This document shows, in pieces, positions 1 through 9,790 of a stretch of 64,000 nt of DNA. Each line of letters begins with the position of its first letter. The stretch's first letter is position 1. The notes under the pieces are model-generated. The model was not told where the DNA came from. It saw nothing but the letters and a program-made list of their open reading frames with translations, and ran no database searches. The translations under genes and the position numbers were made by a program. This DNA is from Myxococcota bacterium (lineage in GTDB: Bacteria; Myxococcota; Kuafuiibacteriia; Kuafuiibacteriales; Kuafuiibacteriaceae): NCBI GenBank assembly GCA_039024635.1, contig JBCCQA010000001.1, positions 71,932 through 135,931 of the forward strand, read 5' to 3'.

Positions 1-651
1 GATGGTGTCGTCGACCAGTTGTCCAACGGAGCGCCGCTGAGGGTCCTCGTCTTCTTGACGGTGATGACCTTCCTGCCGGGCATCATCTTGTCCATGACCG
101 CCTTCCTCCGGATCATCGTCGTCCTGGGGTTCCTACGAAACGCCATCGGTCTGGCGCAGATGCCGCCCAATCAGGTGCTGATCGGCCTTTCCCTCTTTCT
201 GACTTGGTTCGTGATGGGGGACGTCATCGACGTAGCCGTATCCCAGGGCGTCGCTCCCTATATGGATGGACAGATCCTGGAGATGGAGGCGGCCGAGAAG
301 GCAGTGGCTCCCTTCAAGAGCTTCATGCTGGAACAAACGCGAGGTGAAGATCTGGCTCTGATGGCTAACTTGGCCGAGGCAGAGGCGTTTGGCGGTCCGG
401 AAGACGTGCCCCTTCGCATCCTCGTTCCGTCCTTCATCACAAGCGAGCTCAGGGTGGCCTTTTCAATCGGCTTCCTCCTCTTCATTCCCTTTCTCGTAAT
501 CGATCTGGCAACGGCCGCCCTCTTGAACGCGCTCGGCATGATCATGCTGCCGCCAACCGCGATCTCTCTTCCTTTCAAAATCCTCGTGTTCGTCCTCGCC
601 GATGGGTGGGCGATGACGATCGGTGCACTGACGCGCACCTTCGGAGTTTGA
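1..651 (+). CDS. fliP: Flagellar export pore protein FliP (5'-partial, N-terminus upstream of window)
   Basis: Frame open from nt 1. Conserved FliP core (MTAFLRIIVVLGFLRNAIG..., 210 aa visible). Directly followed by fliQ/fliR. Confidence 0.9.
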   Translation, partial: DGVVDQLSNGAPLRVLVFLTVMTFLPGIILSMTAFLRIIVVLGFLRNAIGLAQMPPNQVLIGLSLFLTWFVMGDVIDVAVSQGVAPYMDGQILEMEAAEKAVAPFKSFMLEQTRGEDLALMANLAEAEAFGGPEDVPLRILVPSFITSELRVAFSIGFLLFIPFLVIDLATAALLNALGMIMLPPTAISLPFKILVFVLADGWAMTIGALTRTFGV

Positions 652-652
652 C

Positions 653-925
653 TTGAATCAGGACTTCGCGATCGGCCTCCTCAAGATGGCCATCTTCACC
701 GGGGCTCAGGTCATGGCACCCTTGCTCGCGACCGGCCTCGTGGTCGGCATCAGCGTGGGTGCGCTACAGGCTGCGACCCAAGTCAACGAGCCAACCCTGA
801 CCTTCGTACCCAAGGCTCTCTGCGTGGGTGCGCTCGGCGCCTGGCTCTTTCCTTGGGGCGTGGACCGCATGGTCTCCATCTTTGTGGCTGTTGCCGAGGG
901 CATGGCTCAGATCGGAGCCCAGTAG
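653..925 (+). CDS. fliQ: Flagellar export protein FliQ
   Basis: 90-aa two-TM protein with FliQ-like 'LQAATQVNEPTLTFVPK' motif. TTG start 2 nt after fliP stop. Confidence 0.85.
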   Translation: MNQDFAIGLLKMAIFTGAQVMAPLLATGLVVGISVGALQAATQVNEPTLTFVPKALCVGALGAWLFPWGVDRMVSIFVAVAEGMAQIGAQ

Positions 926-1653
926 TGGACGGCGTGAGCCTGGAGGCGATGTTCTACGCGTTTCTTCGGCTCAGCGCCTTCTTCGTCGTCATGCCCTTTC
1001 CAGGGATGACGACGCCCGGACCCGTGAAGCTCGTCCTGTCAGGCACCCTCGCTTGGAGCCTGACCGCACCCGGTCCCATCCCCGCTCTCACTCTACCCGC
1101 CATGATGCTCGAGATCCTGGTTGGACTGGTGGCCGGCTTCCTCATCCGCGTCGTCATTCAGGCCTTCACCTTCGGCGGTGAGGCGGCTGGAACACAGATG
1201 GGACTCGCGTCCATCGGATTCTTCAACCCGCTCGAAAGCCAGATCACCCTGCTGGGAAGCGCCTTCACCTTCCTCGTTCTCGGTCTGTTCGCCCTCGGCG
1301 ACGGTCCGGCTCGCTTGCTCGCCTTTCTGCATCGCTTCTTGGAGCTGATGCCCGCAGGTCAGGCCGAGCTGCGCTTCGATCCGCGGCTCGTCGCCAGTGA
1401 GGAAGGCCGCCGCTTCTTCGTGCTGGGCCTGATGACTGCGGCGCCAATGATCGCGTCGGTCTTCTGTGCACAGGTCGTTCTCGCCGTGCTGGCCCGGGCC
1501 GTCCCAACTCTGAACCTTCTCATCGAAGGTCCGGGGCTCACCATTTCCGCCGGTATCGTCGGCTTCTTCGCTTCACTTCATTCCTTTGGCGGCTTGGTCA
1601 CCCGCGCGTTGGCCGAGCAGCTCCAGGTGGCCGGTCGGATTCTCTTCGGGTGA
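925..1653 (+). CDS. fliR: Flagellar export protein FliR
   Basis: Polytopic membrane protein (~240 aa). GTG at 925 overlaps the fliQ TAG (taGTG); an alternative ATG is at 949. Position between fliQ and flhB. Confidence 0.8.
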   Translation: MDGVSLEAMFYAFLRLSAFFVVMPFPGMTTPGPVKLVLSGTLAWSLTAPGPIPALTLPAMMLEILVGLVAGFLIRVVIQAFTFGGEAAGTQMGLASIGFFNPLESQITLLGSAFTFLVLGLFALGDGPARLLAFLHRFLELMPAGQAELRFDPRLVASEEGRRFFVLGLMTAAPMIASVFCAQVVLAVLARAVPTLNLLIEGPGLTISAGIVGFFASLHSFGGLVTRALAEQLQVAGRILFG

Positions 1654-1658
1654 GCTGA

Positions 1659-2732
1659 ATGTCGGAGAACGGAAGCGGCGGCGCCGAGAAGACCGAACAA
1701 CCAACGCCACAACGTCGGGAGAAGGCTCGAAAAGAGGGCCAAGTCGCGATGTCCCAGGAAATAGGCATCGCCGGAAGTCTCCTCGTCCTCACCACGACCC
1801 TATTCCTGCTCATCCCGTGGACCGCCACCCTCGCCCTTCGGCAGTTCCAGAGCGGCCTATCGGTTCCTGTCCCCCGGACCTTCGACGTGGGCTCGGCGGC
1901 GGAGGTCGTTCGGACGGCGATGGGACGGATAATTGGTCTTCTCGGTCCCATCGCCGGGTCGGTCCTCGTGGTGGGGGCGGGTCTGGGAGTGTCCCAGGTC
2001 GGCTTTCGACCCAACGCGGACCTCATCGCGCCCAAGGCCAAACGCCTCGATCCTCGTAACTGGCTGAAGAAGATCTTTTCGGCCGACCTACTGGTCAACC
2101 TCGCCAAGAACCTCGGCAAGGGCTTGGGCATCATCGCCCTCGCCGTCTGGACTCTTCGGGATCAGCCCTTTCGTTTTCATGGCCTTCTCGTCAATCCACC
2201 GGCCCAGCTCGCCCACTACATGTTGGAGGTAGCGTCGACGGTCGCTTTCCGGGTTACCGCGGCGCTCGTTGTCATCGCTCTCCTCGATCTGCTTTGGACC
2301 CGCTACCGGCACGAGCAGAAGCTCATGATGAGCAAGCAGGAAGTGAAGGACGACCTGAAAGAAACCGAGGGCAATCCGCAGGTCAAGGCGGCTCAGAAGC
2401 GACGGGCGGCCGAGGCCTCCAAGCGTCGCCTAGTGGAGGACGTCAAGTCCGCTACCGTCATCGTGACGAACCCGACCCACTACGCAGTGGCTCTTCGCTA
2501 CTGGCGACACCAAGACGCGAGCCCAGTGGTCGTGGCCAAGGGCCTCGACTTCCGCGCTCATCGCATCAAGGAGATTGCGCGGGAGCATGGCGTCCCCGTG
2601 ATCGAAGAAAAGCCGCTGGCTCGCGCGCTCCACGCGCTGGTCAAGGAGGGTGACAGCGTCCCGAACGAGCTCTTCAAGCCCGTGGCCAAGCTGCTCGCCC
2701 TCGTCTACCGGCGGCGAGGAGACCGTCGATGA
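1659..2732 (+). CDS. flhB: Flagellar export switch protein FlhB
   Basis: N-terminal 'EKTEQPTPQRREKARKEGQVAMSQE' and the NPTH autocleavage motif (IVTNPTHYAVAL), 357 aa. Confidence 0.95.
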   Translation: MSENGSGGAEKTEQPTPQRREKARKEGQVAMSQEIGIAGSLLVLTTTLFLLIPWTATLALRQFQSGLSVPVPRTFDVGSAAEVVRTAMGRIIGLLGPIAGSVLVVGAGLGVSQVGFRPNADLIAPKAKRLDPRNWLKKIFSADLLVNLAKNLGKGLGIIALAVWTLRDQPFRFHGLLVNPPAQLAHYMLEVASTVAFRVTAALVVIALLDLLWTRYRHEQKLMMSKQEVKDDLKETEGNPQVKAAQKRRAAEASKRRLVEDVKSATVIVTNPTHYAVALRYWRHQDASPVVVAKGLDFRAHRIKEIAREHGVPVIEEKPLARALHALVKEGDSVPNELFKPVAKLLALVYRRRGDRR

Positions 2733-4792
2733 GTACGATGACTGCCCTCTCCCGGATGCCCCGGGAGCTCATGAACACCGAAGTCTTGGTCGGCGTCGCC
2801 TCTTTGGGCGTGGTCGTTCTCTTGATGGTACCGATTCCGCCAGCCCTCCTCGACCTTCTCTTGGCTACCAGTATCGCCATCTCCTTGGTGGTTTTCCTAA
2901 CCGCTCTCTTCAGCGAACGCCCAACCGACTTCTCGATCTTCCCGGCACTCCTGCTCATCGCCACTCTGCTTCGCCTGTCTCTCAACATCGCTTCCACCCG
3001 GCTGATCCTCCTTCAAGGACACGAGGGCCCAGACGCGGCGGGCAACATCATTCAGTCCTTCAGCGACTTCGTCGTGGGCGGGAACATCGGCGTCGGCTTC
3101 ATCATCTTCCTTACCCTGGTCGTCATCAACTTTGTCGTGATCACGAAGGGCTCAGGACGAATCGCAGAGGTCGCGGCCCGATTCACCCTCGACGCCATGC
3201 CGGGTAAGCAGATGGCCATCGATGCCGAGCTCAGCGCGGGGGCCATCAACGATGCCCAAGCGCGTGACCGTCGCCGAGAGGTCGAGGAGCAGGCCAACTT
3301 TTACGGCGCTATGGACGGTGCGAGCAAGTTTGTCCGTGGCGATGCCGTGGCCGGACTCATCGTCACCGGTATCAACCTCATAGGCGGACTCGCAGTGGGT
3401 GTCCTCCAGCAGAATCGGAGCTTCGCTGAAGCAGCAGCCACCTATCCAGCCCTCACGGTGGGAGACGGGCTGGTGTCCCAGATGCCCGCCCTCCTCGTAT
3501 CTACCGCCGCCGGTCTGGCCATCTCTCGAGCCTCGGGCAAGGCCGAGTTTGGCAAGCAGCTCGTCGGGCAGATGCTGGGGACGAGAAACGTGCTCGCCAT
3601 CGCCTCCGCTTTTCTGCTCGTTCTTGGCCTTCTTCCGGGGCTCCCGCTGCTACCATTCCTGGTCCTATCGGGGGCTATGCTCTACGGCGCCATCCGATTC
3701 CAGCCGGTCGAGGAAGAAGACGTCGAGAAGGAGGTCGAAACCGAGGAGCCCATGGACGAGGAAGCTTCGCTCGTTGAGGCCTTGAAGGTCGAGACGCTAT
3801 CCTTGGAGGTGGGCTACGGCCTGCTCCCACTCGTCGACTCGGATCGAGGTGGGGACGTTCCGGAGCGGATCAAGAAGCTCAGAAAGCAACTGGCCACCGA
3901 GCTGGGCGTCATCGTGCCGCCGGTGCGGGTGCTGGACAACCTCCAGCTCGGCTCTGGGCACTACGCCATCAAGCTGTTCGGAATCACCGTCGGTCAGGGC
4001 GAGGTCATCCAAGATCGACTGCTCGCCATCGATTCGGCCGGAGTCCAGTCCTTCCCGGAAGGGATCGAGACCAAAGAGCCCGTTTTCAACTTACCCGCTT
4101 GGTGGATCAAGGAAGCCGACAAGGACAAGGCGGAGTCGATGGGTCTTACCGTCGTCGATCCATCCACCGTCGTCAGCACGCACATGGCAGAGGTCCTGCG
4201 GGCCAACGCAGATCAGCTCGTAGGACGAGATCAGGTTCACGAGCTTCTGAGCTACGTCAGAGAAGCTTCTCCCAAGTTGGTGGAAGAGCTCATTCCCGAG
4301 AAGCTCTCACTGGGTGAGCTCGTCGAGGTTTTGCAGGCTCTCCTGCGAGAGCGAGTCTCCATCCGCAACCTTCGCGTGATTTTGGAGGCGATCGCCAATG
4401 CAGTCATCAGAACGAAGGACGTGAGAGCGCTGGCCGAAGCAGCCCGGAGTGCGCTCTCTCGTCAGATAACCCGCCAGCTGGAGGGTGATGCAAGGAGCAT
4501 CGCTGCCGTCGTCCTGGATCGTCAGCTGGAACTGAGCTTGCGTTCGAGCCTCACGCCAGACGGTGGGCTGGCCCCCGAGCCGTCGACCTTTCAACAGTTG
4601 GTCAGTCAAACAGCCGACATCGTCAAGCGGACGACGACGGCGACCCGATCACCTTGTCTCCTGGTCTCCAATGACCTCAGGAGGCCGCTCTATGAACTAC
4701 TGCGCGCCAACCTTCCCGACGTGCCGGTGGTGGCGCTGCAGGAGATCGACCGCCGGAGCGAGCTAGAGGTGGTCGGCACGGTAAGTGCTTAG
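2729..4792 (+). CDS. flhA: Flagellar export gate protein FlhA
   Basis: 687 aa with an 8-TM N-terminal domain plus cytoplasmic domain. Conserved FHIPEP-family sequence. ATGA overlap with flhB. Confidence 0.95.
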   Translation: MSTMTALSRMPRELMNTEVLVGVASLGVVVLLMVPIPPALLDLLLATSIAISLVVFLTALFSERPTDFSIFPALLLIATLLRLSLNIASTRLILLQGHEGPDAAGNIIQSFSDFVVGGNIGVGFIIFLTLVVINFVVITKGSGRIAEVAARFTLDAMPGKQMAIDAELSAGAINDAQARDRRREVEEQANFYGAMDGASKFVRGDAVAGLIVTGINLIGGLAVGVLQQNRSFAEAAATYPALTVGDGLVSQMPALLVSTAAGLAISRASGKAEFGKQLVGQMLGTRNVLAIASAFLLVLGLLPGLPLLPFLVLSGAMLYGAIRFQPVEEEDVEKEVETEEPMDEEASLVEALKVETLSLEVGYGLLPLVDSDRGGDVPERIKKLRKQLATELGVIVPPVRVLDNLQLGSGHYAIKLFGITVGQGEVIQDRLLAIDSAGVQSFPEGIETKEPVFNLPAWWIKEADKDKAESMGLTVVDPSTVVSTHMAEVLRANADQLVGRDQVHELLSYVREASPKLVEELIPEKLSLGELVEVLQALLRERVSIRNLRVILEAIANAVIRTKDVRALAEAARSALSRQITRQLEGDARSIAAVVLDRQLELSLRSSLTPDGGLAPEPSTFQQLVSQTADIVKRTTTATRSPCLLVSNDLRRPLYELLRANLPDVPVVALQEIDRRSELEVVGTVSA

Positions 4793-4808
4793 TCCTGGAG
4801 GAACTGAG

Positions 4809-6038
4809 ATGCAGGTCCAAATCATCACTGCACCCACGCGCCAGAAGGCGCTCGAGAACGCTCGAAGAAGAGTGGGCGGCGACCCGTTGGTGCTCTCGGT
4901 CAAACGCCGCAAGGGCGCCGCCGGCAAGGTCGTTTGGGAGGCCATGGTTGCGCAGGACGGAAATCCTCTCCAGCCATCGGAGCCTAGCCCGGCCGAGCTC
5001 ATTCCGTGGCCGGTGCAAAACACGCTTTCGTCTCAGGACGAGCCCGGAACGGCGCCCGTAGTCCTGGGCCATCCGGGGGAGGTCGAGCCCCCCGTCATCG
5101 ATCTCCATCAGCTGGACGGCTTCCGAGACGACCTGCGGCGACTGCGCGCCAAGCTGGCGTCGGGTGCCAAGCCGAACGGCGATCTCCTGGCCCTGGCTCA
5201 TCGCCTGACTCTTTTTGAGGGAGACCTCCTAAGAGCACTTCTTCAGGGTCGCGAGATGCCGGAGCGGTGGCATCCCATTTTGGAGCGGCTGGGAGGCGCT
5301 GGGTATCCTCGGGAGGACGCTCTGCGCATCCTGACGGTGCTCGCCGACCGAGTGACCCCGGATCACGAAGGCCTGCTCGAAGCCGAGCTTCGTGCCCTCA
5401 TCAGTCAAGGTATCGAGGTGGCGCCCAGCGACGAGCGGGTACGGCCAGCCTTGGTCGTCTTCGCCGGAGGAACAGGGGTTGGAAAGACCACTCTCGCCGC
5501 AAAACTCGCGGCCGACCTCGGTCACGGTGGAGGCGCGCCTCCCATCCTTGGCGTTCTGAGACCCCGTAAGGGTTCGGGAACCGCCATCGTTCGGCACTGT
5601 GCAAGAACGCTGGGGCTCGGCTACGTCGAGGCCTACGACGCCGAGGACGTACGAGCCCTCGCCGAGCGTGCCCAGCGCCAGCCCATCATTCTCGACAGCT
5701 CCTCGGTCAATCCCAATTCTGCCGCCTCAATGGAGGGCCTGGCCGAGAGCTTGAGCCGAACGCCCAACGTCGAGGTGCATGCGGTCGTTCCCGCCAGCCA
5801 GGCGGCCGAGGACACCTACAAGACCCTGACCGCCTTCTCCATGTTTCGTCGGCTTCGCATGTCGGTGACCCGACTAGACGAGTCGCCTTGGGTAGGCCGC
5901 GTACTCAGCGCGAGCAGTCGCTCTCGTACGCCGATCGGTTATCTATCTCTCGGTCCTCGCATTCCCGACGACCTTGCCCGCCCGACCGTCGACCACATGG
6001 TGGACTCGGTCGTCAGCTTCGAAAGGACGGTGGCATGA
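4809..6038 (+). CDS. flhF: Flagellar biosynthesis GTPase FlhF (SRP-type)
   Basis: SRP-GTPase G-domain (VVFAGGTGVGKTTLAAKLA). ATG at 4809 preceded by GGAGG. The ORF track's earlier start at 4785 is less likely. Confidence 0.85.
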   Translation: MQVQIITAPTRQKALENARRRVGGDPLVLSVKRRKGAAGKVVWEAMVAQDGNPLQPSEPSPAELIPWPVQNTLSSQDEPGTAPVVLGHPGEVEPPVIDLHQLDGFRDDLRRLRAKLASGAKPNGDLLALAHRLTLFEGDLLRALLQGREMPERWHPILERLGGAGYPREDALRILTVLADRVTPDHEGLLEAELRALISQGIEVAPSDERVRPALVVFAGGTGVGKTTLAAKLAADLGHGGGAPPILGVLRPRKGSGTAIVRHCARTLGLGYVEAYDAEDVRALAERAQRQPIILDSSSVNPNSAASMEGLAESLSRTPNVEVHAVVPASQAAEDTYKTLTAFSMFRRLRMSVTRLDESPWVGRVLSASSRSRTPIGYLSLGPRIPDDLARPTVDHMVDSVVSFERTVA

Positions 6039-6826
6039 CTTCCGCGCTACAGACACGACGGACCTACCGGCATACGGCCCTCACGCACTGTCGCATACTG
6101 ACGGTAGCCAGCGGTAAGGGCGGCGTGGGCAAGACTCAGCTCGCGGTGAACTTGGCGAGCAGCTTCGCGAGAGCGGGCCGCAGGGTGCTGCTCGTAGATG
6201 CGGATCTTGGCCTCGCCAACGCGAATCTGCTCCTGGGACTGAGCAGCGACTTCAACGCGAGCCATATCGTGGCGGGCACCCATACTGTCGAGCAGGTACG
6301 GATTCGCTACGATGATGCCTTCGACGTCCTTCCCGGAGGGCACTCCCTAGTCGGGCTGGCGGAGCTCGACGTCGACCAACAGGTTCGATGGGTCGAGCGG
6401 CTCAGACTGAATCAGCTCGGCTACGACGACGTCATCATCGACGCCGGCGCCGGCATTGGGGGCAACGTCCGTCTGTCGGTGGCGCTCGCCCACGAGACCA
6501 TGGTCGTCATGAATCCGGAGACCACCTCGCTCACCGACGCCTATGCACTCATAAAGGTGGCACGGAATCTCGCTCGGCCAGGACGCTACAAAGTCGTCGT
6601 GAACCGTGTGGAGTCCGCCGCCCAAGCACGAGAGATCTTCGAGTGTCTCGAATCGGCATGCCGATCCTTCCTGTCGGTGGAGGTCGAGCTCGCGGGCTAT
6701 GTATATAGGGACGAGGTCGTCGAACGCGCGCTGCGCTCTCAGCGGCCCTTCGTCGAAGCGTTCCCCAGCTCCGCCGCCGCACGCTGCGTCGGGGCCTTGG
6801 CCAAGCGCTTCATGGAGAGGAACTGA
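6035..6826 (+). CDS. flhG: MinD/ParA-type ATPase FlhG (FleN)
   Basis: Deviant Walker A 'SGKGGVGKT'. ATGA overlap with the flhF stop. Located between flhF and fliA. Confidence 0.9.
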   Translation: MTSALQTRRTYRHTALTHCRILTVASGKGGVGKTQLAVNLASSFARAGRRVLLVDADLGLANANLLLGLSSDFNASHIVAGTHTVEQVRIRYDDAFDVLPGGHSLVGLAELDVDQQVRWVERLRLNQLGYDDVIIDAGAGIGGNVRLSVALAHETMVVMNPETTSLTDAYALIKVARNLARPGRYKVVVNRVESAAQAREIFECLESACRSFLSVEVELAGYVYRDEVVERALRSQRPFVEAFPSSAAARCVGALAKRFMERN

Positions 6827-6827
6827 A

Positions 6828-7556
6828 ATGCAGAACCTACTCAGGGCCTATACCCAACAGTCGAGCCGCCACAACAACGAGATGGACGAAGCAGTTCGAA
6901 AGTACGCGCCTGTCGTCTATCGCGTCGTACGTCAGGTCTCGGAGCGCATGCCGGCTTCGGTCGATCGAGAGTACTTGTTCAGTGCGGGAATGGTTGGCTT
7001 GCTCGACGCGCTCCAGAAGTACGACGACAAGCGGGGCATCGCGTTCGAGGCCTACGCTCGGATTCGAATCAAGGGTGCCGTTCTGGACGAGCTTCGTGGT
7101 CTCGACCATCTGACTCGTAGCATGCGGCGACGTTCCCGTTCGGTGGCGGAGTCCCGGAACGAGCTCGAGAAGGCAGAGGGTGCACCAGTTGGAGACGCCG
7201 AGGTGGCCGCGGCCACCGGCATGAGCATCGAAGAGGTTCAGCGAAGCCGCAGCCGCAAGGCGCCGCCCGAAGTTCTGGACCCTTCGACCTTGGAGTCCAT
7301 GTCAGTCAGTGGCCTCTGGCAAAGCGAAGGCCTAGCCGATGAGTCCATGGAATGGGGAGAGCACGTCCATCTGCTGTCCCAGGCCCTGGCTGAGCTCCCA
7401 GAGCGCAATCGACTGGTGATCGGCCTCTACTACGAGGCCGAGTTGACCCTACAGGAAATTGGCGAAGTGCTCGGCGTCACGCAAAGCCGTATCAGTCAGA
7501 TCCTCCGAAAGACGGTTGAGATGCTTCGAGAGAAGCTGGTGGACCGTGGTGCTTGA
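6828..7556 (+). CDS. fliA: Flagellar sigma factor sigma-28 (FliA)
   Basis: Sigma-70 family regions 2-4. C-terminal HTH 'LTLQEIGEVLGVTQSRISQIL'. ATG 2 nt after the flhG stop. Confidence 0.9.
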   Translation: MQNLLRAYTQQSSRHNNEMDEAVRKYAPVVYRVVRQVSERMPASVDREYLFSAGMVGLLDALQKYDDKRGIAFEAYARIRIKGAVLDELRGLDHLTRSMRRRSRSVAESRNELEKAEGAPVGDAEVAAATGMSIEEVQRSRSRKAPPEVLDPSTLESMSVSGLWQSEGLADESMEWGEHVHLLSQALAELPERNRLVIGLYYEAELTLQEIGEVLGVTQSRISQILRKTVEMLREKLVDRGA

Positions 7557-7592
7557 GTCGTTGGGGAACCGACCGAATCAGAAGCCACGATC

Positions 7593-7979
7593 ATGAGCCT
7601 CCCGAGCAAAGACATACGAATTCTGTCCGTGGACGACTTCTCGACCATGCGTCGAATCGTGAAGAACATCCTCAAGCAGCTGGGCTACACGAACGTCGAC
7701 GAGGCCGAGAACGGCGCGGCTGCCCTCGAGGCTCTGCGTGAGAACGAATATGGCCTCGTCATCTCCGATTGGAACATGCCGGTAAAGACCGGTATCGAGC
7801 TCCTCAAGGAGGTTCGGGCCGATCCGCAGCTCAAGGATACCCCCTTCCTGATGGTGACGGCCGAAGCCGAGAAGGACAACGTCGTCGAAGCCATGTCGGC
7901 GGGCGTGAACAACTACATCCTCAAGCCCTTCACTGCCCAAATCCTCGAGGAGAAGATGTCGGGGATCTTCCCGGACTGA
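7593..7979 (+). CDS. cheY: Chemotaxis response regulator CheY
   Basis: 128-aa single REC domain. Conserved DD..D..K residues (SVDDFSTMR ... ISDWNMP ... KPF). Confidence 0.9.
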   Translation: MSLPSKDIRILSVDDFSTMRRIVKNILKQLGYTNVDEAENGAAALEALRENEYGLVISDWNMPVKTGIELLKEVRADPQLKDTPFLMVTAEAEKDNVVEAMSAGVNNYILKPFTAQILEEKMSGIFPD

Positions 7980-7989
7980 GGCTTCCTTC

Positions 7990-8598
7990 ATGAACTCCGA
8001 CAGCACCAAAATGAAACAAAGCGACCTGTCCAGCACCGACATCGTCAGCAAGTACATGAGCCTTCAGGAAGAGCTCGGGTCACTCGCAAGCTTCATCGAC
8101 GACACGCGTCGAACCTTGGGTGGCGTTCAGGAACAGCTGCCGTCGGCTTCCGATACACTGACCGGCGTGACCAAAGCTACTGAGCGGGCCACCCACAAAA
8201 TTCTCGAGCATATCGAGGGCATGATGGAGAAAGACGGGGAGCTCGAAGGGCCCATGGGCGTCTTGCGGGCGAAGGGCGACCAGTCGGACGAAGACTATAC
8301 CAAGGCCTTGGACGCCGTGGCCGAGGCGGCCGACCAACGGATGATGGTCCTGACCGAGGTGATGACCGAGCTCTCTTTTCAGGATCTGACCTGCCAGGCG
8401 ATCCAAAAGATCTCGGTGACCATGGTCGAGATCGAGAGACGAATCCTGCATCTCATATCCAGCGACGTCGGTGCCGATGGCGAGCAGGCCCCAGTGCCTC
8501 TGATGTCTGGCCTCGACCGGCTGGAGGAGAGTGCCAGCGGCCAGAGCAGGCAGGAGTTGGTCGATCAAATGTTGAACGGCAAGGCCGGCTCCGAGTGA
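7990..8598 (+). CDS. cheZ: CheZ-family CheY-P phosphatase (CheZ-like)
   Basis: 202 aa. Contains 'SFQDLTCQAIQKI', matching the CheZ catalytic-Gln motif (QDFQDLTGQ). Immediately downstream of cheY. Confidence 0.6.
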   Translation: MNSDSTKMKQSDLSSTDIVSKYMSLQEELGSLASFIDDTRRTLGGVQEQLPSASDTLTGVTKATERATHKILEHIEGMMEKDGELEGPMGVLRAKGDQSDEDYTKALDAVAEAADQRMMVLTEVMTELSFQDLTCQAIQKISVTMVEIERRILHLISSDVGADGEQAPVPLMSGLDRLEESASGQSRQELVDQMLNGKAGSE

Positions 8599-9029
8599 AG
8601 AACCTCCGCCGAGTCATTCGTGCCTTGGAGCTTGAGAGGGCTCGAGAGTCGGAGCAATTCCGAGCCGTCGATGCTCGCCGAGCCGAGCTGGAGCGGGAAC
8701 TCGACCGTGTGGATGACGGGCTACGGCGCTTGGAGGCGAGCTGCCGGGTCGAAGACTTGGGTGTGCGGGTGATTGCCGACGCTGCGGCCAAGCGGCTTCA
8801 AGAAGCGCAAGACGAGCTCTCGAGCCGGCTTGATCACCTGGACCGCGAGGAAGTCGAGCCTGCCCGTGCTCGTCTAGTCGAGGCCAACGTGCGGGTGAGC
8901 ACGGTCGAGCTTTTGGTGGAGCGTCGAAGCGAAGCGGCCAAGAAGGTGCAGGCCCAGCAGCAGCAGCAGAGTCTCGATGAGTTCGGCGCACAGAAATACT
9001 GTGCCTCGAATCGAATCGTCTCGAACTGA
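8595..9029 (+). CDS. Coiled-coil hypothetical protein in flagellar cluster (FliJ-like?)
   Basis: 144 aa. Highly charged, heptad-rich; ends in a Q-rich tract (QQQQQ). GTGA overlap with the cheZ-like stop. Confidence 0.45.
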   Translation: MKNLRRVIRALELERARESEQFRAVDARRAELERELDRVDDGLRRLEASCRVEDLGVRVIADAAAKRLQEAQDELSSRLDHLDREEVEPARARLVEANVRVSTVELLVERRSEAAKKVQAQQQQQSLDEFGAQKYCASNRIVSN

Positions 9030-9030
9030 C

Positions 9031-9057
9031 TCAAGTATCGAAACGAGCCGCCGATTG
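9031..9057 (+). promoter_or_regulatory. Candidate sigma-28 (FliA) promoter for flgF: TCAAGTAT-N11-GCCGATTG
   Basis: Matches TAAAGTTT-N11-GCCGATAA at 6/8 and 6/8 with exact 11-nt spacing. The -10 ends 7 nt before the flgF ATG (9065), implying a leaderless transcript. Confidence 0.45.
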
Positions 9058-9064
9058 GACCGGC

Positions 9065-9778
9065 ATGGCCAGCGGTATCTACGTCGCCACGTCCGGTGCG
9101 GTCGCCCGACAGAACCAGCTCGAAATCGTCGCCAACAACCTCGCCAACGTCGACACAGATGGATTCCGGGAGCAGCAGGTCAGCTTCCAGGAGGTTTTGG
9201 TGGACGAGGTCGACGCCCCCAACCGCCGAATGGTCGCCCTGGGCCGGACCTACGGTTCCCAACGTCAGGGCTCCCTCAAGACGACCAACAACCCCCGAGA
9301 TCTCGCCATCGAGGGCACGGGGCATTTCGTGGTCGGGACGGAGAGCGGGCAACAGCTTACGCGCGCCCTCACGCTCCAGCTCAGCCCCAGGGGTGATCTA
9401 CAGGATGCCTTCGGGCGTCGAGTCTTCGGTGAGACGGGACCCATCATCCTCGACGATCTCGAATCGGTGCGGGTCGATCGCCGAGGCCAGCTAGTTCGCG
9501 ATGGTGAGGTTCTGGATCGGATTCGGACCGTCGACGTGGCCAACCCGTCCGGTCTTCAGCCGACTGGCCTCGGGCTCCAACAGCCGACCCAAGAATCAGG
9601 GGGGCCTTTTCTCGTCGAGGCCCAAGTCGTTGCCGGCGCGCTGGAGAGCTCCAACGTCAACGCCTTGGAGTCCATGGTCCAGCTCGTTCAGCTCCAGCGG
9701 GAGTACCAGACGCTCTCCCGCGCAATCAGCTCATACCGGGAGGCCGAAGAAGGCCTCATCGAAGCCGCCCGGTCCTAG
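9065..9778 (+). CDS. flgF: Flagellar basal-body rod protein FlgF
   Basis: N-terminal 'MASGIYVATSGAVARQNQLEIVANNLANVDTDGF' and a C-terminal rod-family domain. 237 aa. Confidence 0.85.
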   Translation: MASGIYVATSGAVARQNQLEIVANNLANVDTDGFREQQVSFQEVLVDEVDAPNRRMVALGRTYGSQRQGSLKTTNNPRDLAIEGTGHFVVGTESGQQLTRALTLQLSPRGDLQDAFGRRVFGETGPIILDDLESVRVDRRGQLVRDGEVLDRIRTVDVANPSGLQPTGLGLQQPTQESGGPFLVEAQVVAGALESSNVNALESMVQLVQLQREYQTLSRAISSYREAEEGLIEAARS

Positions 9779-9790
9779 CAGGAGATCCAG

